From NCBI GenBank assembly GCA_003134595.1, contig PLBS01000005.1, positions 130-64,129 on the forward strand: a stretch of 64,000 nucleotides of DNA, written 5' to 3'. The position numbers were made by a program, and so were the translations under genes. This stretch comes from Gallionella sp. (GTDB lineage Bacteria; Pseudomonadota; Gammaproteobacteria; Burkholderiales; Gallionellaceae). The stretch's first letter is position 1. Each line of letters begins with the position of its first letter. Shown in pieces: positions 38,586 through 49,199 of this stretch. The notes beneath the pieces were generated by a model. It was not told where the DNA came from and did not search any database. It worked only from the letters and a program-made list of their open reading frames with translations.

Positions 38586-39085
38586 ACTGGAAATTATTGA
38601 TTTTGTCGGGGGTATCTTTTCTGACTGGTTGTTCTATTTTTAGCCCTGGTGGGAGTAGCGATTTTGCTTGCCCAGGGATGCCAAAAGGGATTGTCTGCAA
38701 GACCCCTCGACAAGTCTATGACATTTCTACCAACGAGCAGAAGTCAGGGAAGTCTGGTTACAACCCAGGGCCAGTTGAAGTAGTCATGGTCGGTCGAAAC
38801 CATATCGGCAATCTTGAACCGGTTCCAGTCTTGGAACAGGCGCGTGTTATGCGGATTTGGATTGCTCCCTGGACAGATAAAAACAAGGATCAGCATTGGC
38901 CCGGACTCATATTTACAGTCATGCAAGCGCATCAATGGAAGGTTGGCGATGATAACTTCGAAGGAGTTGAGCCGCCTGTTCCCCATCGTATTTCTTCAGT
39001 GTTGCCAATGCCAGCAGCTAAACCTGTTGATGGTGATGGCAATGCGAGATCTCAACCTAAAGCCCAGAATGAGATTTTAAACTAA
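38582..39085 (+). CDS. traV: F-type T4SS lipoprotein TraV
   Basis: Lipobox LTGC, DFAC....C, RIWIAPW.D. Confidence 0.9.
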   Translation: MNWKLLILSGVSFLTGCSIFSPGGSSDFACPGMPKGIVCKTPRQVYDISTNEQKSGKSGYNPGPVEVVMVGRNHIGNLEPVPVLEQARVMRIWIAPWTDKNKDQHWPGLIFTVMQAHQWKVGDDNFEGVEPPVPHRISSVLPMPAAKPVDGDGNARSQPKAQNEILN

Positions 39086-39137
39086 GAAATCGGCGCAAGC
39101 CGTACAGGGCGTTTTTAATCTTTAGAGGGAGAATGGT

Positions 39138-39461
39138 ATGCGTAAGTTGAAGGTAATGTTTTGCGCCGTAGGGGTAGTCTGTGTTCTGGGTGCATTGTTT
39201 AGTGGTGCAGCTTTGGCAGCCGGTGATACAACTTTCGGTACGATTGCCACAGCCACCACTCCGGTGGGGATGCTGTATGCCTGGATGAAGGGTTCCATGG
39301 GCGTGTTGATTTCGATCATCGCATTGGCAGTGGCAGTTATCTCCGCCATTACCGGCAAGCTGACTGCAGTTGTAACGGCTATCGGTGTTGCGATCATCAT
39401 GAACGTTGGACCTGCCGTGCTTAACGGTATGTTCGCCGCCACTTTGCCAGTTGTAGCGTGA
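39138..39461 (+). CDS. traA: Conjugative pilin TraA
   Basis: Leader ending ALA-AGDTTF, two hydrophobic helices, position between traV and traC. Confidence 0.8.
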   Translation: MRKLKVMFCAVGVVCVLGALFSGAALAAGDTTFGTIATATTPVGMLYAWMKGSMGVLISIIALAVAVISAITGKLTAVVTAIGVAIIMNVGPAVLNGMFAATLPVVA

Positions 39462-39533
39462 TGCAAGGCAATCTAGCCAGAAATGACTAGATTGCCAAAG
39501 CATGTTTCTATTTTGGATTAATAAAATTATTCA

Positions 39534-41957
39534 ATGCATACAGAGCATACAGAATTATCAAAAATCCAACTTCAACCAGAGCGTGCTGGTTTGCCATATA
39601 AGCACATTCCGGCCAGGTCTTTCGATCCGGAAAGCGGAGCATTTCTTCTGCAATTTGATTCTGGAGAAAACCGCTTGGGAGTTTGTTTTGAAGCACAACC
39701 AATTACTGGTGCAGATGAAAGCACAGTCAGTCGCCTTAAATCTGTTTTGACAACGCGGATGCCGAACGATACGTTTATTCAGTTCGGTCTTTTCTCTGAG
39801 CCAGATGTATCGTTGTTGTCAGGGCATTACCTGTCTAAAAAAATAAATGCTGATGGCATTCTTGCTGAGGTTGCTCAAAAGCACGTTGAAATGTTGACGC
39901 GCGGCGTTGAAGAGCCTCTTGGAGGCATGAACAACACTTGCTTGAATCGTCAAAAAGTCATTATCAATATTTCAATTCCGTGCGCGCTCACGCCAAGTGC
40001 TGATGAGATCAGGTTGGTTTCAGATCTTGCCGCAAAGCTTAAAGAAGGGCTGGGTTCTGCGGGGCTGAATTTGCGGCGGATGGATGAGTCATCTTATCTC
40101 GCATTATTGCGTCGCTTTTTCTATTTGTACGATCGAGATGATTTCTCCGTTGATGAATATTCTCCAATCCGTGAGCAGGTATTCGCACCAGCGACATCTG
40201 TTGATTTTACAAAAAGTGACGAGATCAATTTTGACGAAGGCAAATATTACGCCAAGATGCTTTCTGTCAAACGTTACCCGAAAACAGCCGGTATTGGACT
40301 GATGAATATGCTGATTGGTGATCCTATGGGTTCGCAGAATCAACTTACCGATCCATTTTGGATGTCAGCCACGATCTATTACCCGGATCAAGATAAGAAA
40401 CAGTCGGCTGTCCGTGCAAAGTATGCATGGTTAACCAATCAGGCAATTGGTCCCGTTGCTCGTTTTATTCCGATGCTGGGTTATAAAAAAAGAGGCATGG
40501 ACACGCTAATTCACGAGATTGATGGTGATGCCGGAATGCTGTGCGAGCTAAATTTCACCATGACTCTATTTTCTCGCAGCAGGGAAAGGCTGTCTGGATT
40601 AACTGCTTCCTGGCGTGCGTGGGCTTCCTCATTTGGTTTTGAAATGCGTGAAGATCGCCGCATCTTGATGCCGCTTTTTTATACTGTCTTGCCGTTCGGA
40701 CAAAGTGTTCTTGGCATAAAAAACCTATATCGGTTCAGTACGATGTGCGTTTCTCACGTAATTCATCATCTACCTATTCTTGGAAATTGGCTGGGCAGCG
40801 GCACGGGTGGGATGGGTTTGTATATCGGACGAAGAGGGCAGTTAGCATTGTTCGATCCCTATGATTCTCCAACAAACTACAACGGATTTATTGTTGCCGA
40901 GGCCGGGGCGGGCAAATCGTTCGTTGCACAAAAACTTATTTGCGATATGAGGGCAAATGGCGGTCGTGTTTGGTCTATCGACCAAGGGCGTTCCCAGGAA
41001 AAATTGTGTCGCGTACTCGGGGGGCAGTTCATTGAATTTTCCGAAGACAGCGACATTTGCTTAAATCCATTTACCCATGTAGTCGATATCAAAGAAGACA
41101 TGGACATGCTTAAAGCGGTCATTACCAAAATGGCTGCTCCAGTAGATGGTCTTGATGATTTTAGACAAGCGGCAATCGAAGCAAAGATTCTCGCGGCGTT
41201 TAGCGTCGCTGGACACGATTCAGACATTACGCTGGTCGCAGAGCAATGTCTGAACGACAAGGATATGCGTATACGCGATATCGGCACACAACTGTACCCG
41301 TTTACTCGCCAAGGATCATTCGGGCGCTGGTTTAACGGCAAGAATAACGTCGATTTGACCAACGATTACGTCGTGCTTGAATTGCAAGAGTTGCATAGCA
41401 AGAAAGTTCTGCAACAGGTCGTTTTGCTATTGCTGTTTGGCAGCATTAGCCATGAGATGTATTTGACTCACGGGCGTAAAAAATTGCTTCTTGTCGATGA
41501 GGCGTGGTCATTATTGGATGACCCGATCATGGGCAAGGCTATTGAAGCCGCTTATCGGAAAGTTCGTAAACATGATGGTGCAGCATGGATTATTACTCAA
41601 AGCATTGCCGACCTGTATGACTCTTCTGTTGGGCGCGCGATCATCGGAAGCTCGGCATGGCAAATTATTTTGCAACAAAAATCCGACTCGATTGAACACG
41701 CCCTTAAATCAGGCAACTTGAAGCTGGATCCGTACACCTTAAACATGATGAAGTCGATTCACACAATCCCTGGCAGTTATTCAGAGATGATGATTCGTAG
41801 TGGTGATTCGTGGGGAATTGTCCGCTTGGTTGTTGACAGGTTTTCGCAAGTCCTGTTTTCAACAAAAGGTTGGGAGCGAGATGACGTTCTGGAAAGAATT
41901 CATGCTGGCGAAGATCCTGTCGATGTAATTAATAATTTGATCGCAGAGCGCGGATAA
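39534..41957 (+). CDS. traC: F-type T4SS ATPase TraC (VirB4)
   Basis: TNYN..AEAGAGKSF, IDQGRS, CLNPF, VDEAW, RKVRKHDG, TQS. Confidence 0.95.
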   Translation: MHTEHTELSKIQLQPERAGLPYKHIPARSFDPESGAFLLQFDSGENRLGVCFEAQPITGADESTVSRLKSVLTTRMPNDTFIQFGLFSEPDVSLLSGHYLSKKINADGILAEVAQKHVEMLTRGVEEPLGGMNNTCLNRQKVIINISIPCALTPSADEIRLVSDLAAKLKEGLGSAGLNLRRMDESSYLALLRRFFYLYDRDDFSVDEYSPIREQVFAPATSVDFTKSDEINFDEGKYYAKMLSVKRYPKTAGIGLMNMLIGDPMGSQNQLTDPFWMSATIYYPDQDKKQSAVRAKYAWLTNQAIGPVARFIPMLGYKKRGMDTLIHEIDGDAGMLCELNFTMTLFSRSRERLSGLTASWRAWASSFGFEMREDRRILMPLFYTVLPFGQSVLGIKNLYRFSTMCVSHVIHHLPILGNWLGSGTGGMGLYIGRRGQLALFDPYDSPTNYNGFIVAEAGAGKSFVAQKLICDMRANGGRVWSIDQGRSQEKLCRVLGGQFIEFSEDSDICLNPFTHVVDIKEDMDMLKAVITKMAAPVDGLDDFRQAAIEAKILAAFSVAGHDSDITLVAEQCLNDKDMRIRDIGTQLYPFTRQGSFGRWFNGKNNVDLTNDYVVLELQELHSKKVLQQVVLLLLFGSISHEMYLTHGRKKLLLVDEAWSLLDDPIMGKAIEAAYRKVRKHDGAAWIITQSIADLYDSSVGRAIIGSSAWQIILQQKSDSIEHALKSGNLKLDPYTLNMMKSIHTIPGSYSEMMIRSGDSWGIVRLVVDRFSQVLFSTKGWERDDVLERIHAGEDPVDVINNLIAERG

Positions 41958-42065
41958 AGAACAAGGTAGGGGGCAGAGGCTCATAACCGGCTGCGGTAAG
42001 CATCACAAGGCCCGTAGGGCGACCCGCCACGGGGTTCGTGGAGATATTCATGGAAAGGAAGCAAG

Positions 42066-42287
42066 ATGAAAAATTTAATACTTAGCGCAAGAGGGAGAAA
42101 GATATCTATCGCGATTATTGGTGCATTTTTTGGCATGTTACTTGTACCGCGAAGCGACGCGGCGGCGGCGAGTGTCTTTGTTTTACCAGCGATCATGGCC
42201 GGGGTCGCTTTTGGTATTTCCTTCATGCAAATCATTGAAATTGGCAAGATATGGAAAGCTTCCGGGATGGATCAGGGTGCTAAATAA
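42066..42287 (+). CDS. Small membrane protein in the tra operon
   Basis: AGGA RBS; two hydrophobic segments; overlaps the peptidase gene. Confidence 0.55.
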   Translation: MKNLILSARGRKISIAIIGAFFGMLLVPRSDAAAASVFVLPAIMAGVAFGISFMQIIEIGKIWKASGMDQGAK

Positions 42288-42795
42288 TTCGGATTATTTG
42301 TCTGTCCTCGAAAAAACCTGGATAGGCATTCTTTTTTTCGCCCTATTATTACTAATAACCGCAACTGTATTAAATTTAAGATTGTTATATGACGAACAGA
42401 ACGTATCTTGCCTGCAATTCACTTTATATCTTGTCAGATATCACCATGTGGATGAATTCAAGCGTGGCGATATTATTGTATTTACGCCAAACCAGCAGAT
42501 GGGCTACCTCTTTGACGGGAAAGTTATTGTGAAGATGGTGGGAGCTGTACCCGGTGATATTGTTTCAGTAAGGAATGGTCAGTTCAGCATCAACAACAAA
42601 GTATTTGGGTCGCTGGATATCGTTAAGTCAGCATCCAAATACCTGAAGCGCGATATGGCCAGTTTTGATCGCACTGAAACAGTGCCATCAGGCAGCATAT
42701 TGATGGTTGGAACGTTGCCACATAGCTTTGATGGGCGCTATTGGGGTTTCTTGCCGCAGGATGCGGTGTTGGGTACGGTGTACCCGATTTATTAA
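42277..42795 (+). CDS. trhF: S26 conjugative signal peptidase (TrhF-like pilin-processing enzyme); GTG start at 42277 inferred
   Basis: VSCL, RGDIIVF, VKMVGAVPGD, SFDGRYWG. Confidence 0.85.
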   Translation: MLNNSDYLSVLEKTWIGILFFALLLLITATVLNLRLLYDEQNVSCLQFTLYLVRYHHVDEFKRGDIIVFTPNQQMGYLFDGKVIVKMVGAVPGDIVSVRNGQFSINNKVFGSLDIVKSASKYLKRDMASFDRTETVPSGSILMVGTLPHSFDGRYWGFLPQDAVLGTVYPIY

Positions 42796-42804
42796 GGACG
42801 GGAC

Positions 42805-43221
42805 ATGACAAAGCAAACAGAGGTCGTTCAGCCAGTCAAATCAAGTTTCAACGTCGCTATCGTCTTCGTGGGTGCAATTGTCCTGGGTGCACTCGCTCTG
42901 TTTGGTTGGAAGCAGTATGGAGGACACTTCGGTTCACCAGTTGCTCAGGCATCAACGATATCGAACGTTGTATACCTGGACGTTGGTGGAATCATCTCGG
43001 CGGCGACCAAGAAGTTCATCAGCGGCAGCAAGAAGGAGGCGGGTAAGAACGATCCTGCTACCAGTGGTAAAGAGTTCTCCAATCGCATGGCGGCGCTCCT
43101 GGATGAGTACCGGCGTACCGGCGTGATGGTCTTGGATAAGCGCTACGTGGTTACGGCCCCTGATGGGCATGACATCACAAGTGAAGTCGCGGCGAAGTTG
43201 GAACTGGTTCTGGACAAGTAG
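42805..43221 (+). CDS. trbI: TrbI-like F-type conjugation protein
   Basis: N-terminal TM, VVYLDV, ...YVVTAPD..DITSEV pattern. Confidence 0.65.
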   Translation: MTKQTEVVQPVKSSFNVAIVFVGAIVLGALALFGWKQYGGHFGSPVAQASTISNVVYLDVGGIISAATKKFISGSKKEAGKNDPATSGKEFSNRMAALLDEYRRTGVMVLDKRYVVTAPDGHDITSEVAAKLELVLDK

Positions 43222-43223
43222 GC

Positions 43224-44129
43224 ATGCGGTATGTCCTGACGGCATTCGCGCTGATTCTTGCTGTCGGTGTATGTCACGCCGAGGAAGACCACCCTGACAA
43301 AGGGTGGTTTTTCTACGAGACCAATCCAGAGCCAAGGAAGCCCGCTCCTGCGCCAGAAAAAAAGCCTGAACCAGAGGTAAAGCCTGAACCGGTACCGGCA
43401 GATAAAAAGCCAATGACGGCTGCATGGATGAAAAAAATGTTGCCCATCCTGCAAGAGCGCGCGCTCGATGACCCAACCAGGGAGAACGTTGCGGCATACG
43501 CCTATTTGGTGAGGGTGCTGGGGGACAAGGCGCAACGCTATACCGACGTGCACATGGAGCTGATCAAGACAGACCCATTTCTTGATATGAACAACTCCAT
43601 GCCGTTCAACGGGACGCAGCGCAATGAGGTGATGAGCGGAGCCGGGGAGGTAAAGCGCAAGGCATTGGCGCTGGTGGCTCAAAAGTCAGCAGGGTTGTTT
43701 GTTTTCTTCGATTCCAAGTGCTCGTTCTGCAAGACACAGATTTCAATCGTGAACAGCGTCGCGAAACGCTACAAATTCGAGGTGATGTTTATCTCCGTCG
43801 ACGGCAAAGGACTGCCAGGCGCGACGGGGTGGGTAAAGGACAACGGCCACGTCAAGATGCTGGGCATCAAACGGTATCCGACTACCGTGCTGGCCATTCC
43901 GCCAAAAGACTATGTACCCATTTCGTTTGGATTGATGGCAGAGGATCAACTGGAATCAACGCTTTTGTCGGCTGCGAAGGCGGCTAATTTAATCCCCGCT
44001 GACATGGTGAAAGACATAGACCCATTCACTCGTGGAGTGTTGACCTTGGATGACATGAAGGATGGCGCGTATGACGATCCAGGCAAGTTCGTGGATTACG
44101 TCAAAAACAAGCTGGACGGCAGGTACTAA
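43224..44129 (+). CDS. traF: F-type T4SS TraF (thioredoxin-like)
   Basis: GWFFYE, ALDDPTRENV, FFDSKCSFC, ISVDG. Confidence 0.92.
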   Translation: MRYVLTAFALILAVGVCHAEEDHPDKGWFFYETNPEPRKPAPAPEKKPEPEVKPEPVPADKKPMTAAWMKKMLPILQERALDDPTRENVAAYAYLVRVLGDKAQRYTDVHMELIKTDPFLDMNNSMPFNGTQRNEVMSGAGEVKRKALALVAQKSAGLFVFFDSKCSFCKTQISIVNSVAKRYKFEVMFISVDGKGLPGATGWVKDNGHVKMLGIKRYPTTVLAIPPKDYVPISFGLMAEDQLESTLLSAAKAANLIPADMVKDIDPFTRGVLTLDDMKDGAYDDPGKFVDYVKNKLDGRY

Positions 44130-44138
44130 ATTGGGGGC

Positions 44139-45680
44139 GTGATGAAAACGAATGCGAAGAAAATTTCATGTGCGGTATTGATAGCGTTGATGGCTAATGT
44201 TCAAACGGCGGAATCCACCGGTCTACAGGACATGTGGAATAGCAACGTCACAGCTGGTGGTAGTTTCGATACAACGAATCGCAGCGGATGGACTGGTGGA
44301 AGTGCGATTATGCGCACCCCTATCGCATCAATTCAATTGTTCAATTTTTCTCCCCCACATGTTTCTGCTGGTTGCTCTGGCGCGGACATCTACATGGGCT
44401 CATTCTCGTACATCAACAAGGACCAGATTGTCTCCACACTAAAGGCAATCATGAACAATGCTCAGGGCTTGCTTTTCCAGTCTGCCATTGAGTTCATCAG
44501 CCCGATGATCTCGGGGCTGATGACAAAGTTCAATGACCTTGCAACGAAGCTGAACTCAATGCAGATGAATAGCTGCCAGATTGCGACATCAATGATGGGG
44601 CCAATTTCCAAGGCAGCCCAATCCTACGGAGAATCTTCTGCAACATGGTTGGCAAGCACCGGCGCTGTAGGAGATTGGCTAACAACAAAAACCAGCCCAT
44701 CAGATATTACGGCGGCCACGGCGGCCACAAAAGAGAAGATTGATGCGTCTTCAGGAAATATTGTGTGGAAAGCCATTGTAAATTCCCAAGCCGATGCAAA
44801 GATAGATGCGTCAATGTTCCCCATTCCAGCTTCACCGAATGATGTTCAATATAAACGCGAATTACTAATGTCGTTTCTTGGAACTGTTGTTACAACAATT
44901 GGTAATTCAAGCAAAACCGACGCGACCGCAATAAACGATGTTACTTCGATTGAGCATGATTCGCAGATTGGCTTCCTGGATCTTCTTAAAGGGGGACAAG
45001 GGAAAAAGAAATTCGTCTGTGACTCAACTGATTTGGTTGAATGCAAGCTTAACGTAACAACTGCGGATCTCACTTTTGTTGATGCGCGCACATACGTTCG
45101 GGTGATGCTATTTGGAGATCCAGCATGGCTTGCGACAGGGGATTCAGTAGCGGCAAATAAAATGCTTGATGATCAGACAAATATGACGGCAACTGTTCTA
45201 GGGCAGCCGTTATCTGCCAACCCCCTATCTCTTGTCGCAATTGTTGCTGGCGCATCAACTGCAAATCAAGCCCTTGACCCCAATCAATCAAAATTCCTGG
45301 ATGTCATGGGGAATAGTGTTGTTGGCCTGATCAGAGACATACATGGAGATGAGTACCGCAATATTCAATATTTGGCCGACAAACTCGAAAATCGGATGGT
45401 GCTTAGCACTGCAATACAATTTGCTGACGCGTTTTTCATGTCGATCAATGATTTCGCTATAGCAAAGCGGGTGGATGCGTCCGGGAATCCGATCGCCGGC
45501 AGCACTACTATTGCTGAATTGCCGCAACAAGTGCGTGATCGATTGGCGGCATTGCGAGTGGAGCAGAATATTTTGCTGACAGAATTTAATCAAACCTCTG
45601 ACGATATGAGAAAGGCAAGAGAGTTTGTAGATGGAATTATCAGCAATAGAAATCGAGCAATCGATCATCAGCTTAATTAG
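44139..45680 (+). CDS. traH: F-type T4SS TraH
   Basis: WTGGS, PPHVSAGCSGADIYMGSFSYIN, NSCQIA. Confidence 0.92.
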   Translation: MMKTNAKKISCAVLIALMANVQTAESTGLQDMWNSNVTAGGSFDTTNRSGWTGGSAIMRTPIASIQLFNFSPPHVSAGCSGADIYMGSFSYINKDQIVSTLKAIMNNAQGLLFQSAIEFISPMISGLMTKFNDLATKLNSMQMNSCQIATSMMGPISKAAQSYGESSATWLASTGAVGDWLTTKTSPSDITAATAATKEKIDASSGNIVWKAIVNSQADAKIDASMFPIPASPNDVQYKRELLMSFLGTVVTTIGNSSKTDATAINDVTSIEHDSQIGFLDLLKGGQGKKKFVCDSTDLVECKLNVTTADLTFVDARTYVRVMLFGDPAWLATGDSVAANKMLDDQTNMTATVLGQPLSANPLSLVAIVAGASTANQALDPNQSKFLDVMGNSVVGLIRDIHGDEYRNIQYLADKLENRMVLSTAIQFADAFFMSINDFAIAKRVDASGNPIAGSTTIAELPQQVRDRLAALRVEQNILLTEFNQTSDDMRKAREFVDGIISNRNRAIDHQLN

Positions 45681-45705
45681 TTTAAGCACTCATTAAGAGG
45701 AAATC

Positions 45706-48700
45706 ATGTCAGTCGGACAAATCTATTCATTTGGCGAGATTGGCATGGTGACGCAGGCGTTGAACGCGGTTGCCATGATTTTCAATTCTTCCACATTTAG
45801 TGGTGGCTCACTAATTCTGCTTGCGTTTTTAATTGCTTTGATGTTTACGGTAATGCCAGCGGTGAGTGGTGGAAAGCCGAATTACATTGCTTTTTTGTCA
45901 GTGTTTTTAATTTATTTTGCCGGCATTCAGCCGAAAATGACGTTGAATATTGAAGACTACTATACCGGACAGGTGTCTAGTGTCGCTAATATCCCGTTAA
46001 TAGTTGGTCTGCCGGCGAGCGTGGCATCCACCATTTCTTATGAGCTAAGTAAGCTTATTGAAACCACGATGTCCAGCCCTCAAACCAACACCTCATTTCG
46101 TGAGGGCGGCTTCTCCGATCCGCTCAAGCTGATTTATTCCTTGCGTCCTGGTAACAAGGGCGTTGCATCCGCAAATCCATATTTTTCTGCATCCCTTGAG
46201 TCTTTTATAAAAGACTGCGCAGTTTGGTCAACGTCTTGGGATAAACAAAAGGCGATGTCATCGCCTGCTCTTAGCACTTATTTGTTAGATTTTACTGCTC
46301 TACCCGTTGCTGGGTTAACGGTTTATTTTGATGCGGCAAACCAGCACGGCACAACGATGACGTGTCAAACATCCCAAGCCTACTTGAGTGGGATGGTGAC
46401 GAGCTTGGGCTCCGGAACAAACCCCTTGGTTTCCGCTTCCGGTTTGGCAAACATTATCAAGGGCTCTGATGGTGAGCGTCCCGTCCCTGTGCCTGCGGGG
46501 ATGGAGGTTACCAAGCTAACCAATGCGTTTAATGATGTGACAAACGGGCTGTTGACTGGACAGCAAGATGCTCAACAATTCATGGTGAACATGATTGCCA
46601 TGCAACCACTGAAAGATGGCACTCAATGCGCGAATGCTGTCTCAGCTCAATACATCGGTTGCATAAAAGAAGCTCAGATATTTTCGGCGATGGAGCAGGC
46701 GCGTCTTGATCAGGCTGCTGGAGCATCTATCTTTGCCAAGACCGTTATTCCGATGATGAATATCGTCATGCTGTTGTTCTACTTGTTTTCACCTATTTTG
46801 CTGATCGCAGCAATGATGTTTTCTAGTAAATCTGTGCAGATAATTGGTGGTTATATTATGTTTGCTGTCTGGACTCAGTCTTGGCTGCCTACAGCAATGG
46901 TGATCAACTACATCATTAATATGCAAGCTGCCGATGCCTTGGCGCAAATCGCCAGCGGCGGTGTGACAATGATGAACGTGCATCAGTTCTACGGGACGAT
47001 GGCCATTCAGATCGGCCTTGCTTCAGAGTTGTTCGCCATGACTCCAATGATCACCATGGCGCTGCTCTCCGGCTCAGCATACGGCTTGACACAGCTTTCA
47101 GGCGCGATGAACCAAAAAGATCATTTCGACGAGAAGGCTATGGCACCTGATGCCATAAGCAATGGGGCGGTGGTGAAGAATGGTAACGTGCTTGATGCAG
47201 AGAGTGCGGCCAGGATGGTGAATACATCAGGAACAATCGGTGATAGAAATCTCGTTCAATTAGGCAACTCAGGTGCTCAAAGTGGTGTGCATGAGACCAT
47301 CAAAACTGATGCAGCAGCTTCCGCAGACGTTGGCCGAGCTACCGCTTTGTCGCATAAAGCAGACCAGGCAAGAAGTAAAGCTCAGGCCGTTGTTAATGGC
47401 GACTCTACTCAACGCGAGTGGACTAATGGCAAAGCTGAAAAAATCGCGCATTCGATTGAAACTTCAGACCAGGATGCATCAAGATCGCTAGAGTCTGTTT
47501 CAAGTACGACAATGAGTGACAAAAAATATACCCAATCACAAAGAAAATCGTTAGAGGGTTATGTTGCTGCGTCTGCAGGTACCCCAGGTATTTTTGAAGC
47601 CGCTGCCGGTGTTAAATTAGAGGCTGGAATTAAAGCTGCTACAGGTGTGAGTGATGACGAAGCGAGATCTATCGCCAAGAGCCTTCAGTCACAATATTCT
47701 ACTGAAAATTCACACTTGAGAGCACTCACAAAAAAGGACTCTACCGGGCAGGAAACTTCGATCCAAAAGAGTTTAAAGTCTGCTGTTCAGCATTCTGACC
47801 AAGAGACCCTGCAAGAGACAACAGCAGCCAGCGTGTCGGCTGCAAATGAAGTTAAAGCAACTACAAAATATGCCGTAGGCAGTCACGCATCTTCATCAAC
47901 CACAACTGATGTTGCTGCTGCCAAAATGACCGAAGACGAGCGTTTCCAAGCAATGGCGCATCTGACAAACTTTGCGACACAACCAAATTCTATTGGTGGC
48001 GCAGGCTTCAAGAGCACTAGTTCGTTTAATGACGCTGTTGAGCGTAAGTTGGCAGCTACACCATCCTCCTTCCGCAACCTGCCGGGCGCTCGCATGTCTT
48101 CCATGATGGATGTTCTATCTACAAGTGGTCAAAATGGCCTGGCTGAGGTAGGCAGGATTACAAGAGGCGCTTACGGCGGAGCTCCAATTGCCGCGCCTGA
48201 AATGACTGCTAATGAAACTAGCGAAGTGGCGGCCATAACAGCAACAGGAGAACAAGCTGCGAATGCTGCTCATCAAGTTACCGAGCAAGTGGGCGGAAAA
48301 GTCGAGCCTGCAAAACATATCGGCCCAGTTCAGAAATTCAAAGAAAGTAAACATGACAGCACCATTAAAGGTACAAAAGATAATATCGCTTCAGATTTGA
48401 AGGATGGAAGGCCAAGGCAGGTGTCGAGTGTTGATGTGGCTCCGGTATCAGCTGCGATTTACACGAAAGAAAACGACGACTTCCATCAAGGTGTTCAAGC
48501 TATCGAAGCAAAGGCCGGGACACAAAGCGTTATCGCGCGCGGAGCGGCCGGAGCCGGAACTGCTATAGCACGCCCATTCTCTGATAGTGAACAGAGCGCC
48601 AGGGAAGGGCAGAGCTTTGCCACCGGAGCAATCGCCGCCACGCTTGGTGGAGACGAAAATGCCGCCGGATTGGACGGCAATAATCTTGGCGGTCACAGCT

Positions 48701-49014
48701 CACTTACTCCGAATACGCCTTCAAGTGAAGTGGATGTCGACCCAAGAAAGAGCGAGAAAAAACAACCTTTCGTTTCTACCGCATTCGATTCATACGGTGT
48801 GGCTCTGGATTACAGTGCGCCAGCTAAAGTCTTGCGCGGAGAATCTCCTCTTGATGCAGAAACTTATAGCGGTCAACCGACTCCGGAAAAAATTGAGTCT
48901 GCATCCGCACATGGAACTACCGAGAAAAAATTCAATATTGTTGATCAGAAAATTAACAAGGATCGCACTTTGCATCGAGGACCAAAGAGGCCAGGAAAAA
49001 AGGCAGGAAGCTAA
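45706..49014 (+). CDS. traG: F-type T4SS TraG (N-terminal membrane domain plus long low-complexity C-terminus)
   Basis: IYSFG...LNAVAMI, VANIP, FIKDC, WTQSWLP..INY. Confidence 0.9.
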   Translation: MSVGQIYSFGEIGMVTQALNAVAMIFNSSTFSGGSLILLAFLIALMFTVMPAVSGGKPNYIAFLSVFLIYFAGIQPKMTLNIEDYYTGQVSSVANIPLIVGLPASVASTISYELSKLIETTMSSPQTNTSFREGGFSDPLKLIYSLRPGNKGVASANPYFSASLESFIKDCAVWSTSWDKQKAMSSPALSTYLLDFTALPVAGLTVYFDAANQHGTTMTCQTSQAYLSGMVTSLGSGTNPLVSASGLANIIKGSDGERPVPVPAGMEVTKLTNAFNDVTNGLLTGQQDAQQFMVNMIAMQPLKDGTQCANAVSAQYIGCIKEAQIFSAMEQARLDQAAGASIFAKTVIPMMNIVMLLFYLFSPILLIAAMMFSSKSVQIIGGYIMFAVWTQSWLPTAMVINYIINMQAADALAQIASGGVTMMNVHQFYGTMAIQIGLASELFAMTPMITMALLSGSAYGLTQLSGAMNQKDHFDEKAMAPDAISNGAVVKNGNVLDAESAARMVNTSGTIGDRNLVQLGNSGAQSGVHETIKTDAAASADVGRATALSHKADQARSKAQAVVNGDSTQREWTNGKAEKIAHSIETSDQDASRSLESVSSTTMSDKKYTQSQRKSLEGYVAASAGTPGIFEAAAGVKLEAGIKAATGVSDDEARSIAKSLQSQYSTENSHLRALTKKDSTGQETSIQKSLKSAVQHSDQETLQETTAASVSAANEVKATTKYAVGSHASSSTTTDVAAAKMTEDERFQAMAHLTNFATQPNSIGGAGFKSTSSFNDAVERKLAATPSSFRNLPGARMSSMMDVLSTSGQNGLAEVGRITRGAYGGAPIAAPEMTANETSEVAAITATGEQAANAAHQVTEQVGGKVEPAKHIGPVQKFKESKHDSTIKGTKDNIASDLKDGRPRQVSSVDVAPVSAAIYTKENDDFHQGVQAIEAKAGTQSVIARGAAGAGTAIARPFSDSEQSAREGQSFATGAIAATLGGDENAAGLDGNNLGGHSSLTPNTPSSEVDVDPRKSEKKQPFVSTAFDSYGVALDYSAPAKVLRGESPLDAETYSGQPTPEKIESASAHGTTEKKFNIVDQKINKDRTLHRGPKRPGKKAGS

Positions 49015-49199
49015 TAATCATCGAGGTGTATCCTAGTAGGATCGGTGCCTCGTAGGTCTACTATGCTGCGACGATCTACAATGCTGGGATCCTTGTGACA
49101 AGGCTTTTTTGAGCCGATCGATTGGATAGCCTTAAAAAGTAGATATGCAGCAGATACCGCAGCCATCAACAAGGCTAGATTCGAGATAAGGTGACTCAT
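49011..49199 (-). CDS. Small membrane protein convergent on traG (entry-exclusion candidate)
   Basis: N-terminal TM; 4-bp overlap with the upstream minus gene; stop overlaps the traG stop. Confidence 0.45.
   Translation of the reverse strand: MSHLISNLALLMAAVSAAYLLFKAIQSIGSKKPCHKDPSIVDRRSIVDLRGTDPTRIHLDDY

Noticed and set aside
43320-43405. PEP/KPEP low-complexity repeats in TraF
   Set aside because: Ordinary proline-rich linker of TraF proteins
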